Source: Pontiella sp. (GTDB taxonomy: Bacteria; Verrucomicrobiota; Kiritimatiellia; Kiritimatiellales; Pontiellaceae). From it: a stretch of DNA of 64,000 nt. Under the pieces are notes generated by a model. That model made no database searches, was not told where the DNA came from, and was given only the letters and a program-made list of their open reading frames with translations. Numbering within the stretch: the stretch's first letter is position 1; the number at the start of each line of letters is the position of its first letter. The stretch is taken from positions 96,001 through 160,000 of the forward strand of contig JBNKHE010000007.1 of NCBI GenBank assembly GCA_050290185.1, written 5' to 3'. Both the position numbers and the translations under genes were made by a program. Shown piece after piece: positions 23,289 through 31,409 of this stretch.

Positions 23289-24092
23289 ATGCAAAAATCA
23301 AACAGAAGAAACTTCACGCCTTCACCCGTAGCTGTAGCAATGGCTTCCCCCAAAGGTGGACTGAGCCGCGAGGAACAGATAAGGCGTGACCGTCTGGCCA
23401 ACGCAAAGAAAGGATCGAATGAGGCCGTAAAGGTGAAGGCCAAAAGCCGTCGCTATGGGTTGACCCAGAAGGGGAATAGCTCCGGCATACCTTGTGTCGG
23501 TCTCGCTCGCTTCAACCCTAAGATGCTGAGTCGCCATACTCGGAAAAGCATTCTGCCCGCTCAGTTGGGGGTAGCTGCTGCATTGGGCCACCTACCAAGA
23601 GGAGATAAAACTCTCCCACTCCAAGCAATATGGCGACAACGTACACGAGCCGGTAGCGGCGACCGTGTAGCAAGGGGCTTGAAGCCAGCCAAGACGCGAG
23701 TAACAACGTGTCTCTTGGAAGCTGGCGTTTGGTCTGACACCGATAACGATGTCATTGCGGGGAAGTTCAAAGGATCTCACCTTGGATGCCAAGCGGCAGC
23801 GGATGGCTACTGCGAGAAACTCGGACAATGCCGCCTTTTGCTAGAGACCCTCGTGAGGCTTGGAGAGTTCTCTCAGCTACCCGATGCCAATCAGCGTCAA
23901 GATAAGCTACTGCATCTTCCTTCAAGTCGTACCTGTTGCGTAGGCTGGAAGCGGCTCCTGTACTGTCTGCTGCTGCCGACCAAATGCGCGGACTTCATGA
24001 CTGACTCAGCGCGTAACCTTGTTGCTCAACTGGCTAGGAACGCTGGGCTAACCGTTGACCGCCATGGGAACTGCGAGGAGCCGAAACGATGA
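23289..24092 (+). CDS. Hypothetical basic protein
   Basis: TAAGGAG RBS; 267-aa Lys/Arg-rich ORF co-oriented with the polymerase. Confidence 0.7.
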   Translation: MQKSNRRNFTPSPVAVAMASPKGGLSREEQIRRDRLANAKKGSNEAVKVKAKSRRYGLTQKGNSSGIPCVGLARFNPKMLSRHTRKSILPAQLGVAAALGHLPRGDKTLPLQAIWRQRTRAGSGDRVARGLKPAKTRVTTCLLEAGVWSDTDNDVIAGKFKGSHLGCQAAADGYCEKLGQCRLLLETLVRLGEFSQLPDANQRQDKLLHLPSSRTCCVGWKRLLYCLLLPTKCADFMTDSARNLVAQLARNAGLTVDRHGNCEEPKR

Positions 24093-24177
24093 ACACAACA
24101 CAATCATGCAGCCGACTAAGCTTCAGAGAAAAAAGGGCAGTCCATACCGCCCGTGAGTGTATGGGGAAAGAAAGTAA

Positions 24178-24789
24178 ATGATTAGACAGCTAAGCTTCAC
24201 AGATGCTGTGAGGCGTGAGGCTCTTGCTAAAAGTAGACTTGAACGAGTCAACCAGAAGTTAGAAGCCATAGGGGATAATAAGTCCTCAACGATGAAGCGA
24301 GAGCTTCTGTCGAAGCGGGAACTGCTGCTGAAAAAGAAAGAAAGGCTTGAAGTGACCCTTCGAGATATTCAGCAGATGGTTGCTGCACACCAAACCAGAA
24401 CCGGTAAGGAACTTCCATATGTTCGGCATTGTCAGTTGAAGGCTGAGGCTGATGCCAAGGAACAACTGAGAGTAGAGCTTGAGCATCTGAAAGCAACTGC
24501 AACAGAACTCCCTGAGGGTGGCAAGGTAGTCAATGACTCCGATGCCATTCTTCAAGGTGTGAGTCAAGAAGCGTTGGACGCTGGGTTGCTCCAGATTCAA
24601 GAAACTCTCAGTGGTTTACTTAGAGGGAAGCCTCTGGTTGAAGTCCCCTCAGATGTTAAGCGTACACCGCCCAAGCCAAAGCCCAAGGTATCACCTGTAG
24701 CTGCCCCGATGAATAAACCCACGGTTGCACCTGCTCTAGACCTGAGCGGTCTTGATGAACTCTTGGCGGAATGCGAGGCGTTGCCGTGA
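24178..24789 (+). CDS. Hypothetical coiled-coil protein
   Basis: Heptad-rich N-terminal half, Pro/Lys linker, acidic tail. Confidence 0.75.
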   Translation: MIRQLSFTDAVRREALAKSRLERVNQKLEAIGDNKSSTMKRELLSKRELLLKKKERLEVTLRDIQQMVAAHQTRTGKELPYVRHCQLKAEADAKEQLRVELEHLKATATELPEGGKVVNDSDAILQGVSQEALDAGLLQIQETLSGLLRGKPLVEVPSDVKRTPPKPKPKVSPVAAPMNKPTVAPALDLSGLDELLAECEALP

Positions 24790-25277
24790 GACATCCAGAA
24801 CATTCAAGGCACTACAGCCTAGAAGCAAGGCAGAAGCTGGATGCTATCTATCGGCGCATTGATCGAAACCAAATGATGAAGGAAGCAGAGCAGCTAAAGT
24901 ATCCTGAAGGCCGTCTCCCCACGCCATGGCCTGAGCGGTATCAACGGCTGTATGATAAGTGGCTAGAGTTGGAGCATGAAGGCTTCGCGATACGACTCCA
25001 TGAAAGTAGAAGATTCAATGATGAGCTTTCGTCCAAGTACTGCGAGAAACTCAGAAAGCTTCACTCCATCTGGCGGTACTTACCTGAAGATGATCCGCGA
25101 AAAGTTGCAACCCAAGCGGCCATCGAAAAGTTGGTGAATCATATCAATGGTCAGATGGAAGGCTTAGCCTATTTGTTTGTTCCTGAGCTGAAACCAACAA
25201 ACCGCCTTTGCGGTGGAATCTCAGATTCAGCACTCAATGAGATAGCCAGCGACTATGTTTCGAAAGCAGGGTGCTAA
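24786..25277 (+). CDS. Hypothetical protein
   Basis: GTGA start/stop overlap with the upstream gene. Confidence 0.7.
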   Translation: MRHPEHSRHYSLEARQKLDAIYRRIDRNQMMKEAEQLKYPEGRLPTPWPERYQRLYDKWLELEHEGFAIRLHESRRFNDELSSKYCEKLRKLHSIWRYLPEDDPRKVATQAAIEKLVNHINGQMEGLAYLFVPELKPTNRLCGGISDSALNEIASDYVSKAGC

Positions 25278-25278
25278 G

Positions 25279-25653
25279 ATGGATGAACCTAAGGCCACCA
25301 CAAGCGACCGACTGAGTGCTCTATGCAATCAACTCCAGGGATTGCTCAAAGTCCGCCATGAGCTGCCTCATTTGACCGTCACACCGTCCGAGTTGGTTGA
25401 TCATGAGTCAGGTATGGTTTGTCTGACTGTCACCTTCAAGGACGGCAAGAAGCTCCTCTCGGTTATCACTGGAGATGCAGACCTCAATGCAGAGGAAGGT
25501 GTCAACGATATGGTGACACTCCGAGCGGAAGCCCATCGCTGCCTATGTGGGTATCTCCAGTCTATGTGGGATATGTTGGTCGCCAACGAAGAGTTGCTTG
25601 TGGACTTTAACTCGAAGATCCGCACAAAGAGAACTCTTGGCGGCGGTGCGTAA
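25279..25653 (+). CDS. Hypothetical protein
   Basis: ATG 1 nt after the upstream stop. Confidence 0.7.
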   Translation: MDEPKATTSDRLSALCNQLQGLLKVRHELPHLTVTPSELVDHESGMVCLTVTFKDGKKLLSVITGDADLNAEEGVNDMVTLRAEAHRCLCGYLQSMWDMLVANEELLVDFNSKIRTKRTLGGGA

Positions 25654-25905
25654 TCCCATCAAGAAACAAACAGTAGGTGAAGTGGCCTGCAACCCATCAC
25701 ATTTTATCCGTCGGTGAAATGACCGATACCCTAGACTCGACGGCAGAACTTGCCGCTCTTAACCGAACGTCCCTCAACACCTAAATCAGTAATCAAGACC
25801 CCGTTGTAGCTATGCATAAAGTATGGCGCGGGGTCTTGCTGGTTTACACCGATTGTATTTTGCAATCACAGGCTCTCTCCGCCTATGGAGAAGAAAGCAT
25901 GTACG

Positions 25906-26241
25906 ATGAAAAGTTACACTGACTACACCCCTGAAGAGTTGTCCGAACTCTCCAAAGACCCAGCTAGGTTTCAAGAGCTGGTTGCCGAGGCCAACGGCGA
26001 ACTTGCAATGAAGCAGAACGCTCAGCAAGCCGAACAGGCAATCGCTCAGAACAAAGCCAATGCTGAACTTGAAGTCACCCAAGAGCGCGAACGCCAAGTT
26101 GAAGACCTCCAGCAGCATTTGGATGCTCAAGGCTACAACGCAAAAATGACCGGCAAAGGGTTGGTCTTGAATACAGCTCCAATGAACCCGCTTACGGGTC
26201 GGGCCTATGGCGACACAGGTGCAACCGTAGACGCTGGCTAG
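25906..26241 (+). CDS. Hypothetical Gln/Ala-rich coiled-coil protein
   Basis: ORF in the same direction; helical composition. Confidence 0.7.
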   Translation: MKSYTDYTPEELSELSKDPARFQELVAEANGELAMKQNAQQAEQAIAQNKANAELEVTQERERQVEDLQQHLDAQGYNAKMTGKGLVLNTAPMNPLTGRAYGDTGATVDAG

Positions 26242-26282
26242 AAACCGAACCACAATCAAAACTATCAAAAGGAATAAACTAA

Positions 26283-26843
26283 ATGAAAAACGAAGCAAAC
26301 ACCCAAGAGTTCACCCTGCCTAAGCAACTGAATATCACCACTACTGTTCCAACCTCACAGCTGCCTCTTCTTCGAGTTGAGACCGTCGAGGGAATGAGCA
26401 TTGCGGCAAACGACAGGGTGAACCTGCCTTGGTTGGCGGCCAATCTGCACCTAATCACTGAAGCCCAGTGGGAGTTCATTAAGTGCGACCTGAAGAGCAT
26501 CCTAATGGGAATCCTAATGGAGAACGTCAACGCGACGAAGCGGAACCAACGCATGGTCGAGACCGCCCAGAAGCAAGCAGACGCACGTAAGGCGGCTCAA
26601 GAGGAGTCCAACCTGTCTGACTTGAAGAAATACCTGTTGCCTTCCGAGGCCGCCATTATGGCTGCCACATGCGGGAACTCATCTTCCAAGGAAAAGAAGT
26701 TCATGGTGAACCTCTTCAAGGAGCTGGATATCATGAACCCAGACGGCTCGTGGAATGAACAGGGAATCTACATGCGAGAATGGGAGCTTGAGGCAAAACT
26801 TTTGGATCGTGAGCCTGTGAATCTCGTTGAAGTGCCGAAGTAA
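26283..26843 (+). CDS. Hypothetical protein
   Basis: AAGGA RBS; followed by a terminator. Confidence 0.75.
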   Translation: MKNEANTQEFTLPKQLNITTTVPTSQLPLLRVETVEGMSIAANDRVNLPWLAANLHLITEAQWEFIKCDLKSILMGILMENVNATKRNQRMVETAQKQADARKAAQEESNLSDLKKYLLPSEAAIMAATCGNSSSKEKKFMVNLFKELDIMNPDGSWNEQGIYMREWELEAKLLDREPVNLVEVPK

Positions 26844-26874
26844 TTAAACCATCTGTCTTCTAAGATAACCCCAT

Positions 26875-26915
26875 AAACAGGGAGAGTGCCATTAAGGTGC
26901 TCTCTCTGTTTTTTT
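26875..26915 (+). terminator. Intrinsic terminator ending the polymerase operon
   Basis: AAACAGGGAGAGTGCC-attaa-GGTGCTCTCTCTGTTTTTTT. Confidence 0.85.
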
Positions 26916-27120
26916 CGTTAGCGGGAGTCGAGTAGCGAGAAGGGGAGTTTGAAAAGATCCTTGGCGGTCATGTGGCTGTGAATCTCGTTCAGGTTCACAA
27001 GCAGTAGTATGACCTGCTAGCAAAGTTTGCTAGGGATGGCTTGAAGACCCACTTTCAGGGAAAACTCTGGGGTGGGATTGTGACTTGCCTTAACGGCTTC
27101 GTTATGAATAGATCTTTCAT

Positions 27121-27798
27121 GTGAAAGAGGGTTCTAGTAAGAAAAAAACTTCGATTGACTGGAAAGGTGTATGGGCCGCCGTCGGGTTGCTGTTTGTTGC
27201 ATCCTGCTTGTATTCATATACCCATGATACATTTGCCACACTGGGTGTGCTTATTTTTGCAGTTATAGTCATGGCGGCTAGAAAGAAATACAATGAATTG
27301 TTTGTTCTGATTTGCCTTTTCTCGTCCATATTTTTCTACATCATTGGTGCAGCACACATCGCAATCGTTATTGTGTGCATACTTCTCATTCAACAGTTCA
27401 TTCGCACCATCAATAGAAAATTTAACTATGATGAAGTTTTTCCTTATTTTGGCATATTAACGATCCTTATTGGGTTTTATTCTGGAATCTATGCAAAGTA
27501 CGGAATGCTGGAAAACGGAAAGCTGATTTACGATCAACCTAGCGCTACATATTTTAGTATCGTTACATGGACGACTCTTGGCTATGGGGATATCCAGCCG
27601 AGTGAAGAATCAAGAGGTTGGGCTGCAAGCGAAGCACTGTTAGGTTATATTTTCATGGCACTTGGCATCGCATTGTTTGCTCATGTAGTGAACTCTAGGC
27701 AACATTTGCGCTCAGAAATGGGGGCGATGAAGATTAGTGAGAACGAAGCACCCGCTTCACAATCGCATAATAACGGTGATAGAAATGACACTCGGTGA
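27121..27798 (+). CDS. Potassium channel family protein (Ion_trans_2-like pore)
   Basis: YFSIVTWTTLGYGDIQP pore helix and selectivity filter; extra N-terminal TM helices. Confidence 0.85.
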   Translation: MKEGSSKKKTSIDWKGVWAAVGLLFVASCLYSYTHDTFATLGVLIFAVIVMAARKKYNELFVLICLFSSIFFYIIGAAHIAIVIVCILLIQQFIRTINRKFNYDEVFPYFGILTILIGFYSGIYAKYGMLENGKLIYDQPSATYFSIVTWTTLGYGDIQPSEESRGWAASEALLGYIFMALGIALFAHVVNSRQHLRSEMGAMKISENEAPASQSHNNGDRNDTR

Positions 27799-28564
27799 AA
27801 TTACGATTATTTTTGCGGTTTTAGAAGTTCCAATCATGCTGTTGGGCAAGCTCGATTATTATCTTTCTGCGAGCGTAAAAGACAAAGTCGGTGATCTCTT
27901 ACTAGCAGTAAATCAATCGGTTAAGCATGCATTGTCATGGAGGTTCTATTTTGTGTTGCTGTTTTTCAGCATGTTTTTTACGACGATTATTTTCGGTTTT
28001 ATGGGTTTGGCAGATGTTTTCCTAAGTTCAGGAAGCTCCGAGACGATAGCGTTAAAATCAGCAGCGCCCATATTATTGGCTTTGGTTTTGAAAGTTATCT
28101 TTTGGGATTACTTAATGGCACTAAAGTCGGCGTGGCTTATGAAAGCATACCTATCAGTTGAGGTGGTCACGAAAGCAGACAAAGCTCAGCTTGTAATAAG
28201 TATTTTCACAGACCTTGCTTTAACTGCATTTCTAACAAGTATATTTATTAATTTCGGAGGGCTTCTTCAAGAGCATGCCTCTGATGTTGCAAGCTCAGAA
28301 GTTGTCCGCCCATTGTCACTGAAGCTATCTGAGTTCTTTGATGAGATTAAGTTTGCTATAATGAAATCTGTACAAAATGCTCATTATTTTTTGAATGGAT
28401 CGCTGGCGTTCTATATCTGCTTTATGCTTGCTTGGCTCGGAAGAGATGAAAGCGGAATCACAGAATCAGGTCGAATTCGAACATCTCCATTTCAGACTAT
28501 TTCTTTGATTCTGACGATATTGATAGTGGTGCTATTGGGTGCCTTTTATATGGCGGACAAGTAA
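27785..28564 (+). CDS. Multi-pass membrane protein
   Basis: About 6 hydrophobic segments; overlaps the channel gene stop. Confidence 0.75.
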   Translation: MTLGEITIIFAVLEVPIMLLGKLDYYLSASVKDKVGDLLLAVNQSVKHALSWRFYFVLLFFSMFFTTIIFGFMGLADVFLSSGSSETIALKSAAPILLALVLKVIFWDYLMALKSAWLMKAYLSVEVVTKADKAQLVISIFTDLALTAFLTSIFINFGGLLQEHASDVASSEVVRPLSLKLSEFFDEIKFAIMKSVQNAHYFLNGSLAFYICFMLAWLGRDESGITESGRIRTSPFQTISLILTILIVVLLGAFYMADK

Positions 28565-28720
28565 TTGACACGCTTATAAGTCAATGGTGTCTTCCTGTAC
28601 GCCGTACCTTCGCCGACTTCCCTTTAATGACCGGAAGGAAGAGCTTGAAGAGGAACCCAATGATGAGTAGGGGGAGGAGCCAAGGGTGGGATAGGAAGAG
28701 GGATTCTAGGATTTGAGAGG

Positions 28721-29299
28721 TCATGACAGGGTGGTTTGATTCCCTCGCCGCAAATCAGCAGGAAGTAGTTTGTCGATTTCTTGTTCTGAAAACGTGAGTT
28801 CTTCGTTTACCTGTAATGCTGTCGTTGCGGCCTTATATGCCTTGCTGATAGTGCGGGGGCTTCCTTCATAAATATTTTTCAACTGCATTTGCAGAGCATC
28901 CCTTCTGTTAATTATTTCATCGGTGTTGATGACTCCGGCATTGATGTCAGTTAGAAGGGCTAAATAGCTTTCACGCACATCCCATAGGTCATTTGCTGCA
29001 TCAGAGTGTTTTTGTGAAACTTGGCCGAGGTCACTTCCTTTGACGTAGGTGTTAAGTGCTAGCAACGCCGCAGAGATAAGACCTGTTATAATGCCGCATA
29101 CTGGACTCTCTCCCAGCACGGTGGTAAATACGCCTGTGGTTGTTAATGCCGACAAGATAATCTGAATGATTTTGATGGTTGAGTTGCGTGAGAATACAAT
29201 GTCAGCACACTTTTCTTGGGTTTTGTGGCTCCATGCAACTCGACCAAAGCATTCACGGATATGCGACTCAAGGATCTTAACTTGGGAATCGGACGCCAT
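28721..29299 (-). CDS. SLATT-family 2TM effector (CBASS)
   Basis: IRECFGRVAWSHKTQEKCADI, two TM helices, LWDVRESY; overlaps the CD-NTase end. Confidence 0.85.
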   Translation of the reverse strand: MASDSQVKILESHIRECFGRVAWSHKTQEKCADIVFSRNSTIKIIQIILSALTTTGVFTTVLGESPVCGIITGLISAALLALNTYVKGSDLGQVSQKHSDAANDLWDVRESYLALLTDINAGVINTDEIINRRDALQMQLKNIYEGSPRTISKAYKAATTALQVNEELTFSEQEIDKLLPADLRRGNQTTLS

Positions 29300-30158
29300 A
29301 AATCTCTCTCCATTTCTGCTTTGCTGACCATTCTTTATTTTTTGACTGATATTCGATTGCTTCAAGTGATTTATTATATGCAACTGTCGCTTTATATCTG
29401 AAGTTTGTAATGTTTGAAATCCACTGACCACTACCTATTGCAAACCACAAGGTTTTATCTGATGGCTCGTTCTTGAGATATTGAAAAAAATCTCGGCTCA
29501 TCCAGTCATAGTACAGGTAAGATTGGTGTTTATTACTCCAGTTGGTAAGAAAACGGTAGGCGAGAGTATCGATTAGAAGACCATTAATCGGAACTGTGCA
29601 GTAATATTTCCATGCCCGAGCCATTCGGCATAGGTTTTTTAGGTTATAGTTGGTAAGAATGTTCCCGTTGTTGATGGCGTCTATTTCGGGAATCGGATTC
29701 GTGACCTTCCAGCTTCCACCATTATTTGAGTCTGCATGAGTGTATTTATTATCAGTACCTACTTTGAAAACAGGGAGTACCTCAAACTTCGTCTGGTCGG
29801 AAAAATCCACTGTAACTATCTGACCGTCCCCTTTAAGTGTGGTCGTTGGATATGTTTTGGCAATAGAGTTCTTTACAGCCTGAATCAATGCTGACTGGCC
29901 ATTTCCAAGATAATCACTGTATTGGTGGTATGTTCGTAGTGGCATTTCAAATAGCATGTCAATATCACTTACCCACCCATTAGCAGTTCCGCGACCGTAT
30001 GAACCCACGAATCTTCCTCCTGAGGTCGTGTCCATGTGCCAGAAATCAAGATTTAGGCGCTTACAAATAGCTAAATACCTATCTGAAATAGTCGACTTCA
30101 TATTTGTGGAGATCTTTAGATCATCGCTAAAGTGCTTAAAATATTGCTCTTCACTCAT
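29277..30158 (-). CDS. SMODS/CD-NTase cyclic oligonucleotide synthase (CBASS)
   Basis: VGSYGRGTA...SDIDMLF, DGQIV, FEVLP, GSWKVTNP and NLCRMARAWK motifs. Confidence 0.9.
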   Translation of the reverse strand: MSEEQYFKHFSDDLKISTNMKSTISDRYLAICKRLNLDFWHMDTTSGGRFVGSYGRGTANGWVSDIDMLFEMPLRTYHQYSDYLGNGQSALIQAVKNSIAKTYPTTTLKGDGQIVTVDFSDQTKFEVLPVFKVGTDNKYTHADSNNGGSWKVTNPIPEIDAINNGNILTNYNLKNLCRMARAWKYYCTVPINGLLIDTLAYRFLTNWSNKHQSYLYYDWMSRDFFQYLKNEPSDKTLWFAIGSGQWISNITNFRYKATVAYNKSLEAIEYQSKNKEWSAKQKWREIYGVRFPS

Positions 30159-30258
30159 TTCATCGACTCGTAATCATATTGAAAATATACTGCTAATAAT
30201 GTACGAATCTATATTTGCACTTAATATTAGTATTTTCAAGATGGATGGGTAGTAGGAC

Positions 30259-30978
30259 ATGGAAAACTCACTCGATTTATTGACAGACGAACGGGAACTA
30301 ACCAAGTTCATGGACAATCCTACGAGGGCAGTTGCTGAGGTCTTCATTGGGATCATGAAATCCGATAAGTGGTCTAAATATGAATCTGGATTTCGGTTGT
30401 TTGATTCTCTTCTCAAGAAACGGCTAATCCAGCAACTTGTTTCCGAGGTCGAACGGTATCAAGAAGCAGGCAAGGTCAAAATGGACTACATGGAGACCGA
30501 CTATAACAGGATGGCCCTCAAGGAGGTCTTCAAGATTATCGATGAAGATCCCCCAGACGAAGAAAAGTTCAAGGCCATCAAGTCGCTGTTTCTTTGTAAC
30601 ATCGAAGGAAAGGCGACAGAGGGAGACCAGATGCTGACTTATCAGTATTTGCAGGTCGTGAACAAACTCTCTTCGGGCGAAATAATTCTGCTCAAGAGCA
30701 TGTGGGAAGCCAAAGACTACTCTAAACGGAAAGATGGGGTCACTTACCAGTTCAAGGATGAGTTCAAACGAAACTGGTGTAACGCAATGGCGATTCAGGC
30801 GGGATTCTCCTCAAAGCACGGGACTTTGGTTGAACTTCACGCCAAGAAACTCCACGAACTCAGACTAATGGGAAAACTGCCAGAGCCAGTGCTTGATGGA
30901 CACATCAATCCATCCGAGAACAACATGCTGACTCCTTTGGGGATTAATCTGTGTGAGTTCATCACAAAGTATGGGTAA
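30259..30978 (+). CDS. Hypothetical protein, possibly Abi-alpha/DUF4393-like
   Basis: KLSSGEIILL and C-terminal LTPLGINLC pattern; family assignment tentative. Confidence 0.55.
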   Translation: MENSLDLLTDERELTKFMDNPTRAVAEVFIGIMKSDKWSKYESGFRLFDSLLKKRLIQQLVSEVERYQEAGKVKMDYMETDYNRMALKEVFKIIDEDPPDEEKFKAIKSLFLCNIEGKATEGDQMLTYQYLQVVNKLSSGEIILLKSMWEAKDYSKRKDGVTYQFKDEFKRNWCNAMAIQAGFSSKHGTLVELHAKKLHELRLMGKLPEPVLDGHINPSENNMLTPLGINLCEFITKYG

Positions 30979-31186
30979 CAAAACTCCAGAGAAACCTTGG
31001 TCTTAAACCCAACAAGAAATGCTAGAGGCCATGGCAGACCCTAGATATTCGACTTGTGAATCATGCCGAAGAACAGTTCGAGACAGATTTAAATGCTCAC
31101 CTTGGTTTGAGGTCGATATCCCCAAAAAACCTAAAGCCCATTTTCTTGACCATCTCAGGCATCTGAGCGGAGCCGCAAAGGGCTGA
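30971..31186 (+). pseudogene. Small ORF with a T7 gp9 scaffold-like C-terminal motif; in-frame TAA at 31004-31006 (or a 55-aa ORF from ATG 31019)
   Basis: MGNKTPEKPWS*TQQEMLEAMADPRYSTCESCRRTVRDRFKCS vs T7 gp9 EMIKAMSDPRYRTDANYRRQV (recalled); start overlaps the upstream stop. Confidence 0.6.
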
Positions 31187-31354
31187 ACATTCAAGTGCAA
31201 GACCGGTTTGGCTTGGAGATTTCTTGCTGAGGCGAAATTATTTTCATACCTCGACCTGATACAGCAATCAGTACATATTTCAAAATGTATCAAAATATCA
31301 CCTTTTGTAAGGTTTTGCATTGCAGTGATTTAGTGTTTTGGTCGAAGGTGGGCG

Positions 31355-31383
31355 TTGAATCATGGGAATGGCTCATCTATAGT
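31355..31383 (+). promoter_or_regulatory. Putative hybrid sigma70 promoter for ftsQAZ across attR
   Basis: TTGAAT-N17-TATAGT, 26 nt upstream of the ftsQ ATG. Confidence 0.6.
31357..31375 (+). repeat. attR direct repeat (displaced original ddl 3' end)
   Basis: GAATCATGGGAATGGCTCA followed by TCTATAG, reading MAHL*. Confidence 0.9.
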
Positions 31384-31409
31384 TTTCTCATTGATTCAGA
31401 GGTACACGA

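Larger units (their letters stand above)
15736..31375. mobile_element. Integrative island (~15.6 kb) in the ddl 3' end; candidate T7-like phage satellite/defence island
   Basis: Flanking 19-bp direct repeats with 1 mismatch; integrase at the left end; interrupts ddl-ftsQ; visibly more AT-rich than its flanks. Confidence 0.92.

Noticed and set aside
28565..28720. Possible fold between the membrane gene and SLATT (TCTTCCTGT/ATAGGAAGA)
   Set aside because: Pyrimidine/purine bias could give these pairings by chance; weaker than the other island spacers.
15736..31375. Reading the island as a complete prophage or ICE
   Set aside because: No recognisable capsid, portal, terminase, tail, lysis, relaxase or T4SS genes.
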